Part shown: positions 11,101-22,272 of the stretch, piece by piece
Layout: each line of letters opens with the position of its first letter
How positions within the stretch are numbered: position 1 is the stretch's first letter
Program-made: the position numbers and the translations under genes
Assembly (NCBI GenBank): GCA_036488725.1
Contig: DASXHD010000111.1
Span: 16,760-80,759, forward strand
Source: Polyangiaceae bacterium
GTDB taxonomy: Bacteria; Myxococcota_A; Polyangia; Polyangiales; Polyangiaceae
Length of the DNA: 64,000 nt
Direction of reading: 5' to 3'
The notes under the pieces: model-generated
What the model was told of the DNA's origin: nothing
Seen by the model: the letters and a program-made list of their open reading frames with translations, nothing else
Databases searched by the model: none

Positions 11101-14100
11101 AGCGCCGCATAGAGCTCCGGCAGCGCCGGCCAATCGCCCGCCGTCTCGACGAGCGCCGCGAGCCGCTCGGTCGCGATCCGATCGAACGGTGCCCCGCGAC
11201 GAATGCGCTCGTAGAGCTTTCGCGCGGTCTTCACGTCGCCCATCTCTTCGGCCGCGCGCGCGCCTTCGCGCCATGCATTCGCCGCGGCAGCCGCGTCGCC
11301 GCGCTCGGTGTGGAGCGTCCCGAGCCGCGTGTACCAGAAAACTTTGTCTTCGCCCGTCTCGGCCAAGTCGACACGCTTGCCGGCCGCAACGATCAAAAGC
11401 TCGCTCGCCTCCGCGCGCTCCGCGACCTGCTCGACGAGATCGAGATCGGCGTTGGTCGCGAACGCGTCCTCGGCGAGCGCGCGCGCGTGCACGACGGCGC
11501 GCTCGTGCAAATTGTGGTCGGACGCGACGCGCGCGAGCCGAAGGCGAAGCCCGCGCTCCTCGTCGCCCGGCGGCGTGCGCGGGAGCCGCTGCTCGAGGAG
11601 CGCGCACGCGTCGGCGAACGCGCCCGCGTCGCAGTGAATCTCGTAGAGCGCGTCTTCGGTCGCGTCATCCGGACCTTCGGCGAGGCTCGCGCGGAGCGTG
11701 TCGGCCGCGCCGCCCGCGTCGCCGAGCTCCTTGCGCTGCAAGCTCGCGATCGCGAGGTGCAGGCCCCGCCGCTTTTCGGGCGCGGCCTCGGTCGCGAGCG
11801 CCGCGCGATAGAGCTTCACGCGATCGTGCGGGGTGCCCTGCTCGCGCAAGAGCAAATCGACGCCCGCCATGAGCTCGGGTGACGACGGCGCGTAATCGAG
11901 CGCGCGCTTGTAGGCGTCGAGCGCGCGCGAACGATCGCCGGCGAGCATCGCCGCGTCGCCGAGCCGCTGCGCGATCAGCAAGAGCTCGTCGGTCGACACG
12001 GCGCGATCGCCGAGCGCGAGCGCGAGCACGTCGGCCCGCGCGCCCGCCCCACTTTCGCCGGGCGAGAGCCGGTCGAGCGCCGCGATCCACGCGGCGACCG
12101 GTCGCGCATCTTCGATGGCGTGCTCGAGCGCGGTGCGCACGAGCGAAAGCACGCGGCCGCGCTCGCTCGGCAAATGCTCGGCGAGCGACACCGCGTCCGA
12201 AAGCGCACGCCCGCGCTCGTCGGCGTCGGTCGCGCCTTGCACGCGTGCCAAGAGAACGCGCAACAGCCCCGAGCGCGAGCCTTCCGCGCGAACCATCGGC
12301 TCGAGCACCTCCGCCGCGGCGAGCGCGAGCGACGCGTCTTTCGAGTCGAGGAGCTGCTCGGTCGCCTCGCGCGCGATCGAATCGTGCGGATCGATCGCGA
12401 GCGCATCGCGAAACGCGTCGACTGCGCCGCGCCCATCGCCGAGCCACTGCATCCGCAAGAGCCCGAGCCGCCCGAGCGTCGCGACCTTCTCGCCGCCGTC
12501 CTCGATCTTCGCGAGCGATTCGTACGCAGTCGCCAGCGCCGCGAAATCTCGCTCGAGCTCGAGGAGCGGAACCCACCGCGCGAGCACGTCTTTCGTCGCC
12601 CCGAACTGCTCGACGATTTCGCGCCACGCGCTCGACGCGGCCGCTGCGTCGGTCGACGCCTCGGTGAGCTGCTCGGCCGCGCGCACCAAGAGCGCGCGCC
12701 GCTCTTCGGGCGACGTCGTGTCTTTGGCTTTCGCGTGGAGCACCTCGACGAGGCCGAGCGAATCTCCGAGCGACGAGAGCAGCGGCTCGAGCGCGTCGAG
12801 CGCACGCGCACGCGCCGGCGTGTCGAGGAGACCGCGATACGCCGCGACCGCGCGAGCCGGATCCGCGAGCGCACCCGACGCGAGCTCGGCGAGCTGCTCG
12901 GCCGCCTGCTGACGGCGAACGACGTCCGGCTCGGTCTTCACGATGCGCTCGAGCATCTCGGCGAGCGAGACATGATCTTCGTCCTCGCCATAGAGCCGCG
13001 CGAGCGCGTGCATCGCCGGCAGCACCGCCAAATCCGACGCGCCCGGGACGGTGAGCGCGCTCGAAAACGCCGCGCGCGCCCGCTTCACGTCGCCGGTCGC
13101 GAGGAGGAGCTCGCCCATTTCGGCCGCGAGCCGCGCACGCGACGAAGGATCTTTCGTCAGGCTCACGAGCCGCTGGAGCGTCTTCTGCGCGGCCTCGTGC
13201 TTGCCGAGGGTGCGCGTCAGCGCAACGAACCGATCCAACAAATCGCCGTCGCTCGGATCGATCTGAAGCGCCTGATCCGCCATGTCGTACGCGGCCGCAA
13301 AATCCTCTTCGCGATCGTGCTTGAGCGCGGCGAGCGCACGCAGCGGTCCAAAGCGACGCGCACCGCGCGCGTTCTCGAGCTCGATCGTGTAGTAGCGGCT
13401 CGCGTCCGCCCAGAGCTCCTGCTTCTCCGACGCCGCCGCGAGCGCCGCAGCAGCGCGCGGCGCAGCCGTCTTCACCTCGAGGAGCCGAATGCCGATGCTC
13501 TTGGCGCCCTCGTGCCCAGGCGCCCGCTCGAGCAACCACTCGACGTGCGGCAGCGCGCGCTCGATCTCGCTCGTCTCCTCATAGAGAGCCAGGAGCTTGG
13601 TCCGATGCGCGAAGGCGACGTCGTCCGGCGGCGGCGGATCGCCGGTGAGCGCCTGCTCCAACATTTTTGCCACGTCGCGCGGCCGGCCCGCACGAAGGAG
13701 CGCGTCCTCGAGCTTGGCTCGCGCGTCTTCGTCTTTCGGCTCGACGCGAACGAGCAGCGCGAGCGCGTCCGCGAGGCGCTCGCTCGCGCCCGCTTTCTCG
13801 AACGCCTCGGCAGCCTTTCGCAGCGGCCCGGCCTGCTCGGTGCGCGCGCGGTGCTGCGCGAGCTCGAAATAAAAATCCCCGAGCTTCGAGAATTCCCCGG
13901 ATTGCGTGAGCTTCTCCTCGAAGCGCGCGAGCGAGCTCGCGTGCGTCGGGAGCGCGGCCATCGCGCGGTCCAAGTAACTCTGCGCGCCGACGTCGTCCCC
14001 CATCACGTCGCCGAAAAAAACCGACGACTGGTACATGAACTCGGCGACGACGCCCGCTTGCAACGTGCGCAGCTTGCGATCGCTCGCGAGCCCCTCGAAG

Positions 14101-14300
14101 GCGAACGCGAGCTCGGTGATGCGATCGTCGCGCTTCGCGGCTTGATGCAATTTGTCCCAAGCTTCTTTCGGAAGCTGGTTACGAGCGAGCGCGAGGAGGA
14201 ACGCGCTCAGCACCTCGCCTTCGTTTTCGAGCCGCTCGTCGAGAGCGTCGATGACCGCCGAAACGCCGGCGGTCGGGCGATGTCGAGTCGAGTCGCTCAT
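2181..14300 (-). CDS. giant tetratricopeptide/Sel1-like repeat protein (4039 aa)
   Basis: Single uninterrupted 12,120-nt ORF. Ala/Leu/Glu/Arg-rich helical-repeat signatures (A..Y..L.....P.....A...LG) recur throughout. One Pro-rich low-complexity linker ([36 protein letters not shown]) near the middle. No signal peptide. The ORFs on the opposite strand or in other frames of this region are all R/A-rich junk. Confidence 0.8.
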   Translation of the reverse strand: MSDSTRHRPTAGVSAVIDALDERLENEGEVLSAFLLALARNQLPKEAWDKLHQAAKRDDRITELAFAFEGLASDRKLRTLQAGVVAEFMYQSSVFFGDVMGDDVGAQSYLDRAMAALPTHASSLARFEEKLTQSGEFSKLGDFYFELAQHRARTEQAGPLRKAAEAFEKAGASERLADALALLVRVEPKDEDARAKLEDALLRAGRPRDVAKMLEQALTGDPPPPDDVAFAHRTKLLALYEETSEIERALPHVEWLLERAPGHEGAKSIGIRLLEVKTAAPRAAAALAAASEKQELWADASRYYTIELENARGARRFGPLRALAALKHDREEDFAAAYDMADQALQIDPSDGDLLDRFVALTRTLGKHEAAQKTLQRLVSLTKDPSSRARLAAEMGELLLATGDVKRARAAFSSALTVPGASDLAVLPAMHALARLYGEDEDHVSLAEMLERIVKTEPDVVRRQQAAEQLAELASGALADPARAVAAYRGLLDTPARARALDALEPLLSSLGDSLGLVEVLHAKAKDTTSPEERRALLVRAAEQLTEASTDAAAASSAWREIVEQFGATKDVLARWVPLLELERDFAALATAYESLAKIEDGGEKVATLGRLGLLRMQWLGDGRGAVDAFRDALAIDPHDSIAREATEQLLDSKDASLALAAAEVLEPMVRAEGSRSGLLRVLLARVQGATDADERGRALSDAVSLAEHLPSERGRVLSLVRTALEHAIEDARPVAAWIAALDRLSPGESGAGARADVLALALGDRAVSTDELLLIAQRLGDAAMLAGDRSRALDAYKRALDYAPSSPELMAGVDLLLREQGTPHDRVKLYRAALATEAAPEKRRGLHLAIASLQRKELGDAGGAADTLRASLAEGPDDATEDALYEIHCDAGAFADACALLEQRLPRTPPGDEERGLRLRLARVASDHNLHERAVVHARALAEDAFATNADLDLVEQVAERAEASELLIVAAGKRVDLAETGEDKVFWYTRLGTLHTERGDAAAAANAWREGARAAEEMGDVKTARKLYERIRRGAPFDRIATERLAALVETAGDWPALPELYAALVESAGTPSERKDALLKLADVLEKRLEDAPGAFDAVARAFLELPSDAVALARLGELAIAAGAVPSFTRTVDNALGGDAGSDPTLRARLVAAKAEVLAATGANPSEARETFRGVLEDPFADDATKTRVADALEALLAKSDAEREAEAWRWLLAWRASRETGAGRAAALSRFARVEEEKLGDASRAIDLWKQAAEADPSDDAPPVEIARLMVAAGDVDGALATLRARVEAANEESAAKLRAEITSLLSSIPGREAEAMKELRAALERRADDEAALRMLVKLLPHAEVGADASRLLESSLASTDAAGKKRVLAALVSGATDAPIERRRAWHAQLLETASSQDESYGVLLRALAELPTEFVWWDRAEQLARALDRPQELSDLYHGVITRPIAVEDALELGQRAVSFHEEWFDDAAAVVRILERMVDLDPAGWAFDRLKLLYDSQERWDDLFALYDRLLGGDLDESRRTELLEDAAQIAKDFAKNSGRAIAYLEQLLQFKPKNERLLASLERLYERYGKHRELIGLLGAQIGGKEPKEAHALRVRMATLWLDELGDAGSALLVVEEMMHEGETGDEVIALLERVLAAAPTGEEMKKTLPPTSSPVSEHVAAAHESVPPPRASVPPRASVPPPGGKGRSKRVLVRQRAASLLRERYAEMDRDADLARMLEIELEAVKNAKDRIRRHGEVAALHERLGNDAAALEHAVSLVMLDPDANVHRERLARLADKTGRFDRLGEVLAAAADDCESEELRATLLEGAATVYAERLGDVGRAVDLLGRVLTLDVPAASMLAAARRLDGLLAKTDRRADRLSVLERLATLEDEPAARREALGAAARLAGEIGEADRCVAAWEARLRDDESDVEALDGLVDVLASSGRLRPLVESLLVRARAREAEPAREDRVRAARILSGDLDAADEAIDVWESVRKASGEADDVDTALAELYEARARWTELAELLERSAVRHDDAETKAGLLVRLGDVQRAMLHAHDAAIASYAKSLEAKPGDARAAQGLTALLDVTAAARGALDVLLADHAATDSWSATVALLPQRLRLATDDAERVASLLETADLFENRAGDAEAAFHATREAFTTAQGASEVAAIAERRAGVAAMSGAPDAYRALADAHRVVLEALEGSRPAGDADVIRLRTTLGSLLETRLDDPRGALVQHTRVANDDPTNEAAALAVIRVAARVGRWDAATKIVLDRAALAGGHDDGLMQALEEAASAHAGWDALTAAFEAAIGQRTDLAKEALRDLEARLAAWHRDRRADAEAAETAYGRALAHDATDTRLLAQLAQLQRRHRGRPLIDSLLRLSQATGGDPDLLREAAEVAARVVVDRGLAKTILDRLLKLAAERWNAGDEHPPSTTQALDDAPPSVGSSVHPSEHVEWSLAELLRVHNEEGDAERIVELLESSARLPFSRQRSRELLHEAGKTALDRVGDMQAALRLYASLFEEDARDDEAARRLGEVYAALGRKEDLLALRRKQIEVAERADDRVAHRLDAALLERELGRVDEATTLLRANLVDAPRHPRTTLVLSETLEGAGRWDELAGFCAEQAALAEQEGDALSAVELWARAASIAEEKLGHLAMALAHYKRSLALELRAPLLDAIARIHEQQKDWVDAASHLDRLVREFPEQRARVIVRLADAYVSAARDADAQERLEAALGAADSPPEVASRLAAIYRRTEKWAPLAQLVARQSAEAKSNDERRALLVEAAEIFLTKCAEAEQAVPLLEQACALAPDDRPLKLRLAEALQDAKRPDDARALLRDMIDSFAGRRPKERATVHFHLARLHLRIGERAQALAELEAATRIDPANPEILRMVAELARDDGQLDKAERSYRALLAVLRRADDDAPVLRSEVLVELSALAERRGESERASEILESAFETAATSDAEARRLEKALRTRGNTAGLLRSLGARLARASDATARAEVLGELARAHEALGDMAAALRAQLEAIAETPGSAPAHEAAMALATKTGKPESYIDAIAGLADRAAGAGDARAACSLMLRAAEALSRVDGGASRAVALLERANETGAARGEVLRALDRAYAGLGDDAKQEAVLAELSALEVESTSRDPRGAADVLYRLAELRARRPESADDAARALATALDFAADPERAATIADAAITRGATSSAMLDVFVRAARATGRADLAARAIMLQADREDATVEVLREASSAAIQSGDAARAESLLRRVVARAEGNGAILGRALLELSALVAARGEASEALGLELDAGAHSSADEARRIREGVALRARQAGDVTHELRARREIALANPSDVSARGALLELLRTTGDAAALLEIVELLLPSVEAEAERRALRLERARLLAAEPERVDEILAELRTLLEEDPFDAQAVALLAELLESRGETGELSSLLERQIDAAKDREDAAGVAVLSLRLGSLVEAEDPARARTLYLAGLDWEAKNRGLLLAMKRLLTATGGDVADRADVMERLLETEHGDAAADLALELAGLRAEQWDDAGVERALEAGLAACPSSDAIRSRLVALYEDRGDRRKLAALKETAARALGGEAAKKELVGAAALHRELGDTVAVARAMRAAHAVAPNDHDVLASLATALEQLGDEGAAEELGALLETRPDPIVLAARARVHGALGRHDEAIADAERVASSDAAAGAPLLLEVLVRAADAAERPAQKPLRRRIAEIHSAAGRADEAHAQLEILLSHDDSDKDTLAAMAGLEETAGRFDTAADTYARLLELEEGDRLVEMALRLADASTNAQNPGFARAGLEKAHAAAPSDERVLEKLSAVYAAIGANRELAELRLAEARAASDPARRFDMLVAAGTALLEHDPTAAVAALEEARAIKPADAECTGLLADALIGSERFDEAREILQAVVTAHKGRRSRDLAPIFLRLGRLENALGNPKAALQMLSSGLDMDGQSGVVASELAYVALAEGELEAATRALRAITMIRTPAPISKGVAYERLGEIAMHQGDNKKAVMLLKRAVDEDGTLEHARELLAQLGT

Positions 14301-14373
14301 CCCGGGACCCCCGAGGGTATCACCACGGGCGCGCGTGCGATCTGGTCTATCGTTCAGTAACGAAGCTCTTCCG

Positions 14374-15645
14374 TCAGGTCATGCTCGCGTCGGTCCGGTA
14401 CGGACCGGACGTCGGCGAGGCCGGATTGCCGACCGTGCCTGCGCCGCGCGTCGCCACGACCACGCCGATTCCGGTCAGGACGACCGCGAGCATGACGAGC
14501 CCGTTCACGATGGGAATGGCCCCGCTGACGAGAAAGAGGGCGCAGCCGACGAGCAAATGAAGGTGCGGATTGTCGGTCTTGTGCCCGACCAGCGCCTTGC
14601 CGACCGTCGCGAGCACCGCGCAGATCCCCGCGTAGGCGGCGAAGATTCCGCCGAGCAAGAGCACGATCGCGACCGGAATCCCGATGATCGTGATGGCGAT
14701 CACGGCGAGCGCGATGATGCCGACGATGAGCCCGACGAGACCGAGCGCGAACGAGCGCATCGGGCGCGAAGCAGCTTCGATGCGGAGCGCGTTCATCTTT
14801 TTGCCCGCGAGCGCGAACAGCACCGCGCCGAACACGAAGAGCATCGCGGCGCGCGTCGTCGCGTCGCTGACCTCGCGCAAGATGGACCGATGCGACCCCG
14901 AGCTGTCGGAGCCGATGTGAATGTCGTCGCTCTTGTGCGTGGCTCCGCCGATTCGCGAGCCTTTGTGACGATCGAGCGACCCGCCGACCACGCCGACGTC
15001 GCCGTCGACCTGTGCCCCGTCGGCGACGTCGATGGACCCGCCGACCGCGCTCGCGCTCCCGAAGACGTGCGCGCCTTTTTTTACCGCCGCGCTGCCGCCG
15101 AACACGGTGACGTTGCCGGTGACGGTTCCGTGAATCGTGACCGAGCCGCCGAAGACGGTGACGTCGTGCACGGTCTCGTCTGCGCCGACGACGAGATCGC
15201 CGCCGCGGACCAAACGATCTTCGCCGCGGACGCTCGGCGTGGACGCGACCATCGCCGGCGGTGGCGCGCTCGCGGGCGGAGGCGGCGGAGTGCTCGCGCT
15301 CGGAATCGCGGCGGGCTCTTCGGCCGCACGAATCGTGATGAGCGTGCCGTCGCGTTTGGCGACGAAGTCGCCCTCGGCGAGCACGACGTCGAGCACTTTG
15401 TCGGCCGGCTGATCGGTGACGTGCAAGTCGAACGGCTTCCCGTCGTCGACGCCGCGCAGGATGACGCTCCACCCCGCCTCTTTCGCGACGCGCGCGACGG
15501 CCTCCGTGCGCCCGATGTGCGTCGCGTCGAGCGAGATTCGTTTGTCGGCCGGCCAAGTGCCTTCGTGGCGGACCTCGGCGAAGGCAGCGCGCCCGACGAG
15601 CACGGCGAAGGCAAACGCGAACAAGGCGAATACGAAGCGTTTCAT
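14374..15645 (-). CDS. membrane protein with secreted N-terminal domain, bactofilin/DUF4097-like beta-helical Gly-Val repeat region and C-terminal multi-TM domain
   Basis: ATG at 15645 (MKRFVFALFAFAFAVLVGRAAFA signal). Repeats VTVFGGSVTIHGTVTGNVTVFGGSAAVKKGAHVFGSASAVGGSIDVADGAQVDGDVGVVGGS. Four or five hydrophobic helices at the C-terminus. The start ATG overlaps the anti-sigma stop (ATGA). Confidence 0.7.
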   Translation of the reverse strand: MKRFVFALFAFAFAVLVGRAAFAEVRHEGTWPADKRISLDATHIGRTEAVARVAKEAGWSVILRGVDDGKPFDLHVTDQPADKVLDVVLAEGDFVAKRDGTLITIRAAEEPAAIPSASTPPPPPASAPPPAMVASTPSVRGEDRLVRGGDLVVGADETVHDVTVFGGSVTIHGTVTGNVTVFGGSAAVKKGAHVFGSASAVGGSIDVADGAQVDGDVGVVGGSLDRHKGSRIGGATHKSDDIHIGSDSSGSHRSILREVSDATTRAAMLFVFGAVLFALAGKKMNALRIEAASRPMRSFALGLVGLIVGIIALAVIAITIIGIPVAIVLLLGGIFAAYAGICAVLATVGKALVGHKTDNPHLHLLVGCALFLVSGAIPIVNGLVMLAVVLTGIGVVVATRGAGTVGNPASPTSGPYRTDASMT

Positions 15646-16133
15646 GACATGACTCCTGGCGTACGGGACGTGCGCGCCACGGCGAAGCCGATCAGCGCGA
15701 GAGCGAAAGTGGCGACGAGCGAGACGGCGGCCCCGCCGTTGCCCGAGAGACTCTTCGAAGCCGCGACGAACGACATCGCGACGACCGGAAGCGCGTGCGG
15801 CGCGGCGAACGCCCAGGCGAGCGCGCGAGGCGCCGCATCGAGCAGCGCGGGCGCGCCGCAGACGGCTGCGACGACGACCGCCGCGGCGACCATCACCGTC
15901 GGAAACCGATGCGACGCTTTGGACTCGATCGACATCACCTTGGCGACTCTCAACGCGGCGCCGACCTCGTGCGACTCGAGCGCGAGCGCGCCGATTCGAA
16001 GCGTGCATTCTGCACATGATTCGGCGTGCACGCGGGCGACTGGGTCGACGACGTCCTGCGCGTCGGCGATGCACGAGAGCGCGACCTCGCTCAGGTGCTC
16101 GCCGTCCCAGGTCTCGGCTTCGGTCAGCTTCAC
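15642..16133 (-). CDS. zinc-binding (ZAS-type) anti-sigma factor, membrane-anchored
   Basis: HAESCAECTLR motif (HxxxCxxC) near the N-terminus, with a central TM segment. Start overlaps the ECF sigma stop (ATGA). Confidence 0.7.
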   Translation of the reverse strand: MKLTEAETWDGEHLSEVALSCIADAQDVVDPVARVHAESCAECTLRIGALALESHEVGAALRVAKVMSIESKASHRFPTVMVAAAVVVAAVCGAPALLDAAPRALAWAFAAPHALPVVAMSFVAASKSLSGNGGAAVSLVATFALALIGFAVARTSRTPGVMS

Positions 16134-16681
16134 TGTTCGTTCCTTTCAGAGAGCGTCGCGGCGAGCGCCTTCTTGCCGCGCAAAATCCAAGTGGCGACTG
16201 TGCCGACGGGCACGCCGAGCTTCTCGCCGATTTCGACGTACGAGAGCCCCTCGAGAAAAAAGAGCGTGACGGCCTCGCGCTGTTTTTCGGGGAGCGCCGC
16301 CATCGCGGCGTCGAGCTTCGCGAGCTCCTGCATGCGCGCGGTGCGGTCGAACGGCGACGGCTTCGAATCCGGAATCCGATCGGTGACGTCGCGGACCGAC
16401 TCGGCCGCCGGCTCGGGCGCTTGACGCTTGAGCGCGCGCGTTCGGCTGCGCGCCGCGTCGAGCGCCACGTGCTTGACGATGCCGACGATCCATCCGCGAA
16501 CCGGCTCGCCCGGCCGAAGCCGCGCGCGGCCTTCGAGCGCCCGGCGCATCGTCTCGCTGACCGCGTCGTCCACGTCGGGGTGTCCCGGCGCGACGTGCAG
16601 CACCGACGCGGCGACGGCCCGCAAGAGCGGCCGAAGCTCAGCCGCCTCCCGCGAAAATGCCTCCGCCGACACCGCCGTCAT
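16130..16681 (-). CDS. ECF (sigma-70 family, group IV) RNA polymerase sigma factor
   Basis: Region 2 (GWIVGIVKHVALDAARSR) and region 4 helix-turn-helix (EKQREAVTLFFLEGLSYVEIGEKLGVPVGTVATWILRGKKAL). Start placed at the internal ATG (MTAVSAE). Confidence 0.85.
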   Translation of the reverse strand: MTAVSAEAFSREAAELRPLLRAVAASVLHVAPGHPDVDDAVSETMRRALEGRARLRPGEPVRGWIVGIVKHVALDAARSRTRALKRQAPEPAAESVRDVTDRIPDSKPSPFDRTARMQELAKLDAAMAALPEKQREAVTLFFLEGLSYVEIGEKLGVPVGTVATWILRGKKALAATLSERNEQ

Positions 16682-16774
16682 CGACCCGATGTTGCCGCGA
16701 GGCCGCGGCGAAGCAAAGAAGACGGCGCCAAGCATGGGGTTCCCCAGCTCTTCGTCCGAGCCCCCTCTTTAATT

Positions 16775-18028
16775 TCAGGCTGATTTCGCGACCAGCGCTT
16801 CGAGGCGGTCGAGGGCCCGCTCGACGACGTCCATCGACGGGCCGAACGAAAAACGCACGTAATCGCGAAATCGCGACGCGCGCGCGCGGCGCTTGCCCGG
16901 GTTCACGTCGAAGAACTCGCCGGGCACGGTGATGACCTTCGCGTCGAGCGCGGCGCGGAAAAAGCTCGTCCCGTCGGCGAGGCTCGGCGGCAGCGCCGAG
17001 ACGTTGCCCCACACGTAAAACGTCCCGTCGGGCACGCGGTCGACGCGCACGCCGAGCCGTTCGAGCCGCGAGAGCATGCGGTCGCGCTTTTCGCGAAACG
17101 CGCCGTGGATCGCGAGCGTCTCTTTGGTGACGTGCTCCTCGCTCATGAGCGGAATCGCCGCGCGCTGGAGCGGCTTGCTGCCGCCGCCGTCGAGAAACGA
17201 GCCCGCGCTCGTGAGCGCTTCGACGACGCTCTTCGGTCCGAGCGCCCACGTCACGCGCCAGCCGGGGTATCGCCAATTCTTGGTGAGCCCGTCGAAGATG
17301 ACGACGGGATCGCGGTCGACGTCCTCGACATAACGCGCGGCGCTCTCGACCGGCAAAACGCCCGGCTTCGCGCGGTAGACGTAATGCGAATAAAACTCGT
17401 CGAACAAAAGCGAGCAGTCGAGCTCGCGCGCGACGCCGACCCACCGCTGGAGCTCGCCCTCGGCGACCGCTTTGCCCGTCGGGTTGCACGGGTTCGAGAG
17501 CAAAATCGCCGAGAGCCCGCGCCCCATGATTTCGCGGCGCAAATCTTCGTGCGAAAACGCGTAGCCGCGATCGCCGTCGAGCATGATCGGAATCGCGGTG
17601 AACGCGCGAAAGATATCGAGCAGCTCTTCGTACGCCGTGTAGTCGGGCAAAAAATGTCCGAGGTTGATCTGCGCGAGGCTCGCCGCCGCGCGCGTCAGCG
17701 CCATGCGCCCGCCGCCCGAGACGCACACGTTCTCGGCCGAGTACTGCGAGCGGTGCCCGCGCCGATAAAGTGTATTATACAAGTTTGCGATCGCCTCGCG
17801 CAGCTCGGGCAACCCGGCGACCGGCGCGTACTCTTGATCGTCGACTTCGATCGCGACGTGTTCGACGCGCGGCGGAGCTCCGGCGAGCGCGCCCGTCTCC
17901 GGCTGCCCTTGGCCGAGGTTGCACCAATCAGGATTGCTCGCCGAGAAGCCGAGCCGCGTCGCTTCGGTCGTGACGTAAATCACGCCGGTTCGCGGGACCG
18001 CGCGAAACGCCGCGAGGGTGTCGGACAT
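16775..18028 (-). CDS. PLP-dependent aminotransferase, class I/II
   Basis: LSNPCNPTGK motif and overall aminotransferase architecture. ATG at 18028 (MSDTLAAF); the R-rich upstream extension of the ORF is rejected. Confidence 0.8.
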   Translation of the reverse strand: MSDTLAAFRAVPRTGVIYVTTEATRLGFSASNPDWCNLGQGQPETGALAGAPPRVEHVAIEVDDQEYAPVAGLPELREAIANLYNTLYRRGHRSQYSAENVCVSGGGRMALTRAAASLAQINLGHFLPDYTAYEELLDIFRAFTAIPIMLDGDRGYAFSHEDLRREIMGRGLSAILLSNPCNPTGKAVAEGELQRWVGVARELDCSLLFDEFYSHYVYRAKPGVLPVESAARYVEDVDRDPVVIFDGLTKNWRYPGWRVTWALGPKSVVEALTSAGSFLDGGGSKPLQRAAIPLMSEEHVTKETLAIHGAFREKRDRMLSRLERLGVRVDRVPDGTFYVWGNVSALPPSLADGTSFFRAALDAKVITVPGEFFDVNPGKRRARASRFRDYVRFSFGPSMDVVERALDRLEALVAKSA

Positions 18029-18048
18029 GGCCCGCACCCATACCAAAT

Positions 18049-18447
18049 CTACAAGAAGCGCGCGCGAAGCTCGGGCGTCGGCACCATGCAGACCTCTTTT
18101 TTCCCGAACCAGCGGTACCGATTGCGCGCGACGATTCCGTAGACCCAGTCGCGCACGAAGCGCGGAACGATCCACGACGCAGCGAGCAAGCTCCATGGAA
18201 AACGAAGGCCGCGGGCGATGCGCACCGCGGCCGACGATTTTTGGAAAGCGCGCCCGTCTTCGACGAGCACGATGCTGGTCGGGTCACCGCTCGGAATCGC
18301 GATCCCATGCTCGCGCATGAGCTCTTTTCCCGAGTCGGACTGTATCGACGCGAACTTGAAACGCGCGCGCGGGTCCCGTTCGACGATGAACTGCACCGCT
18401 CCACTACAGAGGTTGCAGACACCGTCGAACAGGACGATCGCGCTCAC
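18049..18447 (-). CDS. DCC1-like thiol-disulfide oxidoreductase (DUF393 family)
   Basis: N-terminal MSAIVLFDGVCNLCSGAVQF CxxC motif and length (132 aa) characteristic of the DUF393/DCC family. Confidence 0.7.
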   Translation of the reverse strand: MSAIVLFDGVCNLCSGAVQFIVERDPRARFKFASIQSDSGKELMREHGIAIPSGDPTSIVLVEDGRAFQKSSAAVRIARGLRFPWSLLAASWIVPRFVRDWVYGIVARNRYRWFGKKEVCMVPTPELRARFL

Positions 18448-18462
18448 GCGATCAAGATAGGG

Positions 18463-19950
<1,488 letters not shown>

Positions 19951-20277
19951 GATTCCTTTCCCGCGCTTTCCGTTGTCGAGCGGGTGCGAGTGCACGGTGT
20001 GTGCCATCCTGCCCGTGGCAACGCCGATGGCTGCGTTGACCGGTTTCCACCTGGTGCGCGCGGTTTTCGTCGAGGCGCGGTTGGGGTGTAACGCTACGTC
20101 GTCACACGCGCGCGACGCGCGAGAATGCCCTCGAACGCTCGCGACGTGTGCGAATCGCGCGCTTCTCGTGGTCGCGCCAACCCCGAGGGGCACGCCGTCG
20201 AGGTCGCGCGGCCCTTCGTAGCTTTTCGCTACGAACGTGGCTGAGGCGCGAGCGGCTGAGGCGTTCCGGACGTGAGC

Positions 20278-20292
20278 GGGCACGCCCGCTGC
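20278..20292 (+). promoter_or_regulatory. candidate sigma-54 (-24/-12) promoter
   Basis: TGGCACgcccgCTGC at 20278-20292 matches TGGCAC-N5-TTGC with one mismatch. It lies 45 nt upstream of the DUF1328 gene start and is divergent from the NtrC-like activator. Confidence 0.5.
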
Positions 20293-20336
20293 ACCAGTCC
20301 CGAGGGTGCGCTGGAGGAAATAGGAAGGACACCGCC

Positions 20337-20501
20337 ATGCTTTATTGGGCAGCAGTTTTTTTCGTGATCGCGATCGTTGCAGCAGTGTTTGGTTTCGGTG
20401 GAATCGCCGCGGGCGCCGCGGGCATCGCGAAGATCCTCTTCTTCGTGTTCCTCGCGTTGGCCGTGTTGTCGTTGCTCTTCAATCGACGCGTTCCCACTTG
20501 A
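20337..20501 (+). CDS. DUF1328 (UPF0391) family small membrane protein
   Basis: 54 aa, [48 protein letters not shown], the canonical DUF1328 signature. GGAGGAAATAGGAAGGA Shine-Dalgarno sequence upstream. Confidence 0.75.
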   Translation: MLYWAAVFFVIAIVAAVFGFGGIAAGAAGIAKILFFVFLALAVLSLLFNRRVPT

Positions 20502-20530
20502 CGGGCACGACGACTGCAAGTCGTCGTCGC

Positions 20531-20803
20531 ATGACCATCCGTTACATCATCGAGCGGGTCGACGGCGGTTACCGAGCCACGTGTGAAGAGTTAGGCGTGG
20601 AAGCACTCGGACCGACCGTCGACCGCGCTGTTTCGTCGTTGCGTCGTGCGCTCGAAGAGCGGATGGCGCACGTCGAAGCGGTCGCGCCGCCTTCGTCGCC
20701 CGTCATCGTTCGCGTGGATCTCCAGCAAGAGGTTCAGGCGAAGGGCGAAGAACGCGAGCCGCAAGGGCCCGGCGACGTCGACTTTCACCCCGGAGTTGCG
20801 TGA
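20531..20803 (+). CDS. small HicB-like/UPF0150-like protein (hypothetical)
   Basis: MTIRYIIERVDGGYRATCEELGVEALGPTVDRAVSSLRRALEERM resembles HicB antitoxin N-terminal domains. Stop overlaps the start of the next gene. Confidence 0.4.
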   Translation: MTIRYIIERVDGGYRATCEELGVEALGPTVDRAVSSLRRALEERMAHVEAVAPPSSPVIVRVDLQQEVQAKGEEREPQGPGDVDFHPGVA

Positions 20804-21372
20804 TGGCAGCGAGCAATGGACACGGGTTCGTCGTCGACGTGAAGAACATCCGCGCACGGGCGCGCAAGCACATCGAGCAAGGCGCGGTGACCGAATCGTA
20901 CGGCGCCGACGTCACGACGGTTTGCAACGTGCTGAACGAAGTCCTCGCGACGGAGATCGTTTGTTATCTCCGTTACAAGCGGCACGCGATCATGGCGCCG
21001 CGCGTGGCGGGAATCGCCGGCGAGGCGATCGTGAAAGAGCTCGCGCAGCACGCGAGCGAAGAGCAGGGGCACGCCGACCTCGTCGCGCAACGCATCGCGC
21101 AGCTCGGCGGCAAACCGAACTACGACCCGGAAGGGCTGACGACGCGATCGCACGCGCAATACGTCGCGGGCGAGACGCTGCAGCAGATGTTGACGGAAGA
21201 CCTCGTCGCGGAGCGCATCGCCATCGAGACGTACGGAGAAATCGTGCGGTTCCTCGGCAATGGCGATCCGACGTCGCGTCGGATGATGGAAGGGATCCTC
21301 GCGGTCGAGGAAGAGCACGCGGATGACCTTGCGGATTGGCTCCACAAGATCGGCGCGATTCAGCGACCGTGA
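20800..21372 (+). CDS. bacterioferritin-like ferritin-family protein
   Basis: Alignable to Bfr helices (V.NVLNEVLATEI..YL.Y..H; E..HAD....RI..LGGKPN; E.LQQMLTEDL..E...IE.Y.EI; EEEHADDLADWL). Has a ~35-aa N-terminal extension. GTG/ATG start overlaps the upstream stop. Confidence 0.65.
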   Translation: MMAASNGHGFVVDVKNIRARARKHIEQGAVTESYGADVTTVCNVLNEVLATEIVCYLRYKRHAIMAPRVAGIAGEAIVKELAQHASEEQGHADLVAQRIAQLGGKPNYDPEGLTTRSHAQYVAGETLQQMLTEDLVAERIAIETYGEIVRFLGNGDPTSRRMMEGILAVEEEHADDLADWLHKIGAIQRP

Positions 21373-21381
21373 AGAGAGCTG

Positions 21382-22200
21382 TCAGCTATCAGCTGTCAGC
21401 TGGAGAAGGCCGGACTCGCGCAGGTAGTCTTGGGCGAGCGCGTCGAGATCGTTTTGTGACGGATGAAAATCGCGTCGCAAATATTGGCGGATGCCATTCG
21501 AGAAGACCGGTTTGCGTCCGCTGAATTTGGCGCGGTGTTGGCGGAGCTCACGCCAGGCGCGGAGGACGCCGCTCGTGCCGTGCTCTTTGCGCTCGCGCGC
21601 GAGGAGATGAAGCGTGCCGGCCGCCCAGAAGCTCGCGAGGCAAGCGCCGCCGACGGCGAGCCCGGCGACACGGAGCGCGTAGCTCGGTTCGACTTGTTGG
21701 AGGACGTCGTACGCGACGTCGCGATGCTCGATCTCTTCGCACGCGTGCCATAGAAGAAGCGCGCGCATCCGCGGATCGGCGACGTCGAGGAAGCGCATGC
21801 GGAGCGCGTTTTCGGCCAAAATTGCGGTGAAATGCTCGCACGCGGCGGTCGCCGCGAGACGCAGCGGCGGCGGCGACACGCGCTCGATGAAGCCGTAAGC
21901 GATGCGCTCGTAGAGCTCGAGGAAACGATCGACGTCGTAACCTTGCGACGCGAGGATGCGGTTGAACTCGTCGTGCTCTTTCGCGTGGCGGCCCTCTTGT
22001 CCGAAAAATATTCGGACGCGCGCGCGGAGCTCTTCGTCGTCGATCCGATCGAGGTAGTGGCGCACGCTGCGGACGAAGAAGCGCTCGCCGGCCGGAAAGA
22101 GCAGGTTCACGCCGTTGGCGACGTGCGTCGCGAAGAGGTTGCCGCCGAACCAGTGGCGCGGCACGCCGCTCACGTCGACGCCGGGGTTTCGAACTCGCAC
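21382..22200 (-). CDS. predicted metal-dependent hydrolase (PF10118-like)
   Basis: WFGGNLFATHVANGVNLLFPAGERFFVRSVRHY...FFGQEGRHAKEHDEFN...CEEIEHRDVAYDVL motifs. Start uncertain: GTG 22200, or TTG 22230/22236. The upstream part of ORF 21382..22605 is rejected because it would run through the divergent TetR gene. Confidence 0.55.
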   Translation of the reverse strand: MRVRNPGVDVSGVPRHWFGGNLFATHVANGVNLLFPAGERFFVRSVRHYLDRIDDEELRARVRIFFGQEGRHAKEHDEFNRILASQGYDVDRFLELYERIAYGFIERVSPPPLRLAATAACEHFTAILAENALRMRFLDVADPRMRALLLWHACEEIEHRDVAYDVLQQVEPSYALRVAGLAVGGACLASFWAAGTLHLLARERKEHGTSGVLRAWRELRQHRAKFSGRKPVFSNGIRQYLRRDFHPSQNDLDALAQDYLRESGLLQLTADS

Positions 22201-22254
22201 GAATCCAACGATGGGACCTTGTTGAATCAAAGTCAATAAGGGTACGCTCGTGAG
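22201..22254. promoter_or_regulatory. AT-rich divergent promoter/operator region between the hydrolase and TetR genes
   Basis: GTTGAATCAAAGTCAATAAGGGTA is a local AT-rich island in a 70% GC background, with an imperfect TTGA..TCAA inverted repeat in the only intergenic space between the divergent genes. Confidence 0.4.
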
Positions 22255-22272
22255 GTGCGGAAGCGTGCGCGG

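Noticed and set aside
8022-11882. 1286-aa plus-strand ORF, and the 1005-aa ORF 8590..11607 on the minus strand, inside the giant TPR gene
   Set aside because: Antisense or out-of-frame to the 12-kb TPR ORF. Translations are extreme Arg/Ala/Gly low-complexity with no domain signatures. This is expected from stop-codon depletion in 70% GC DNA.
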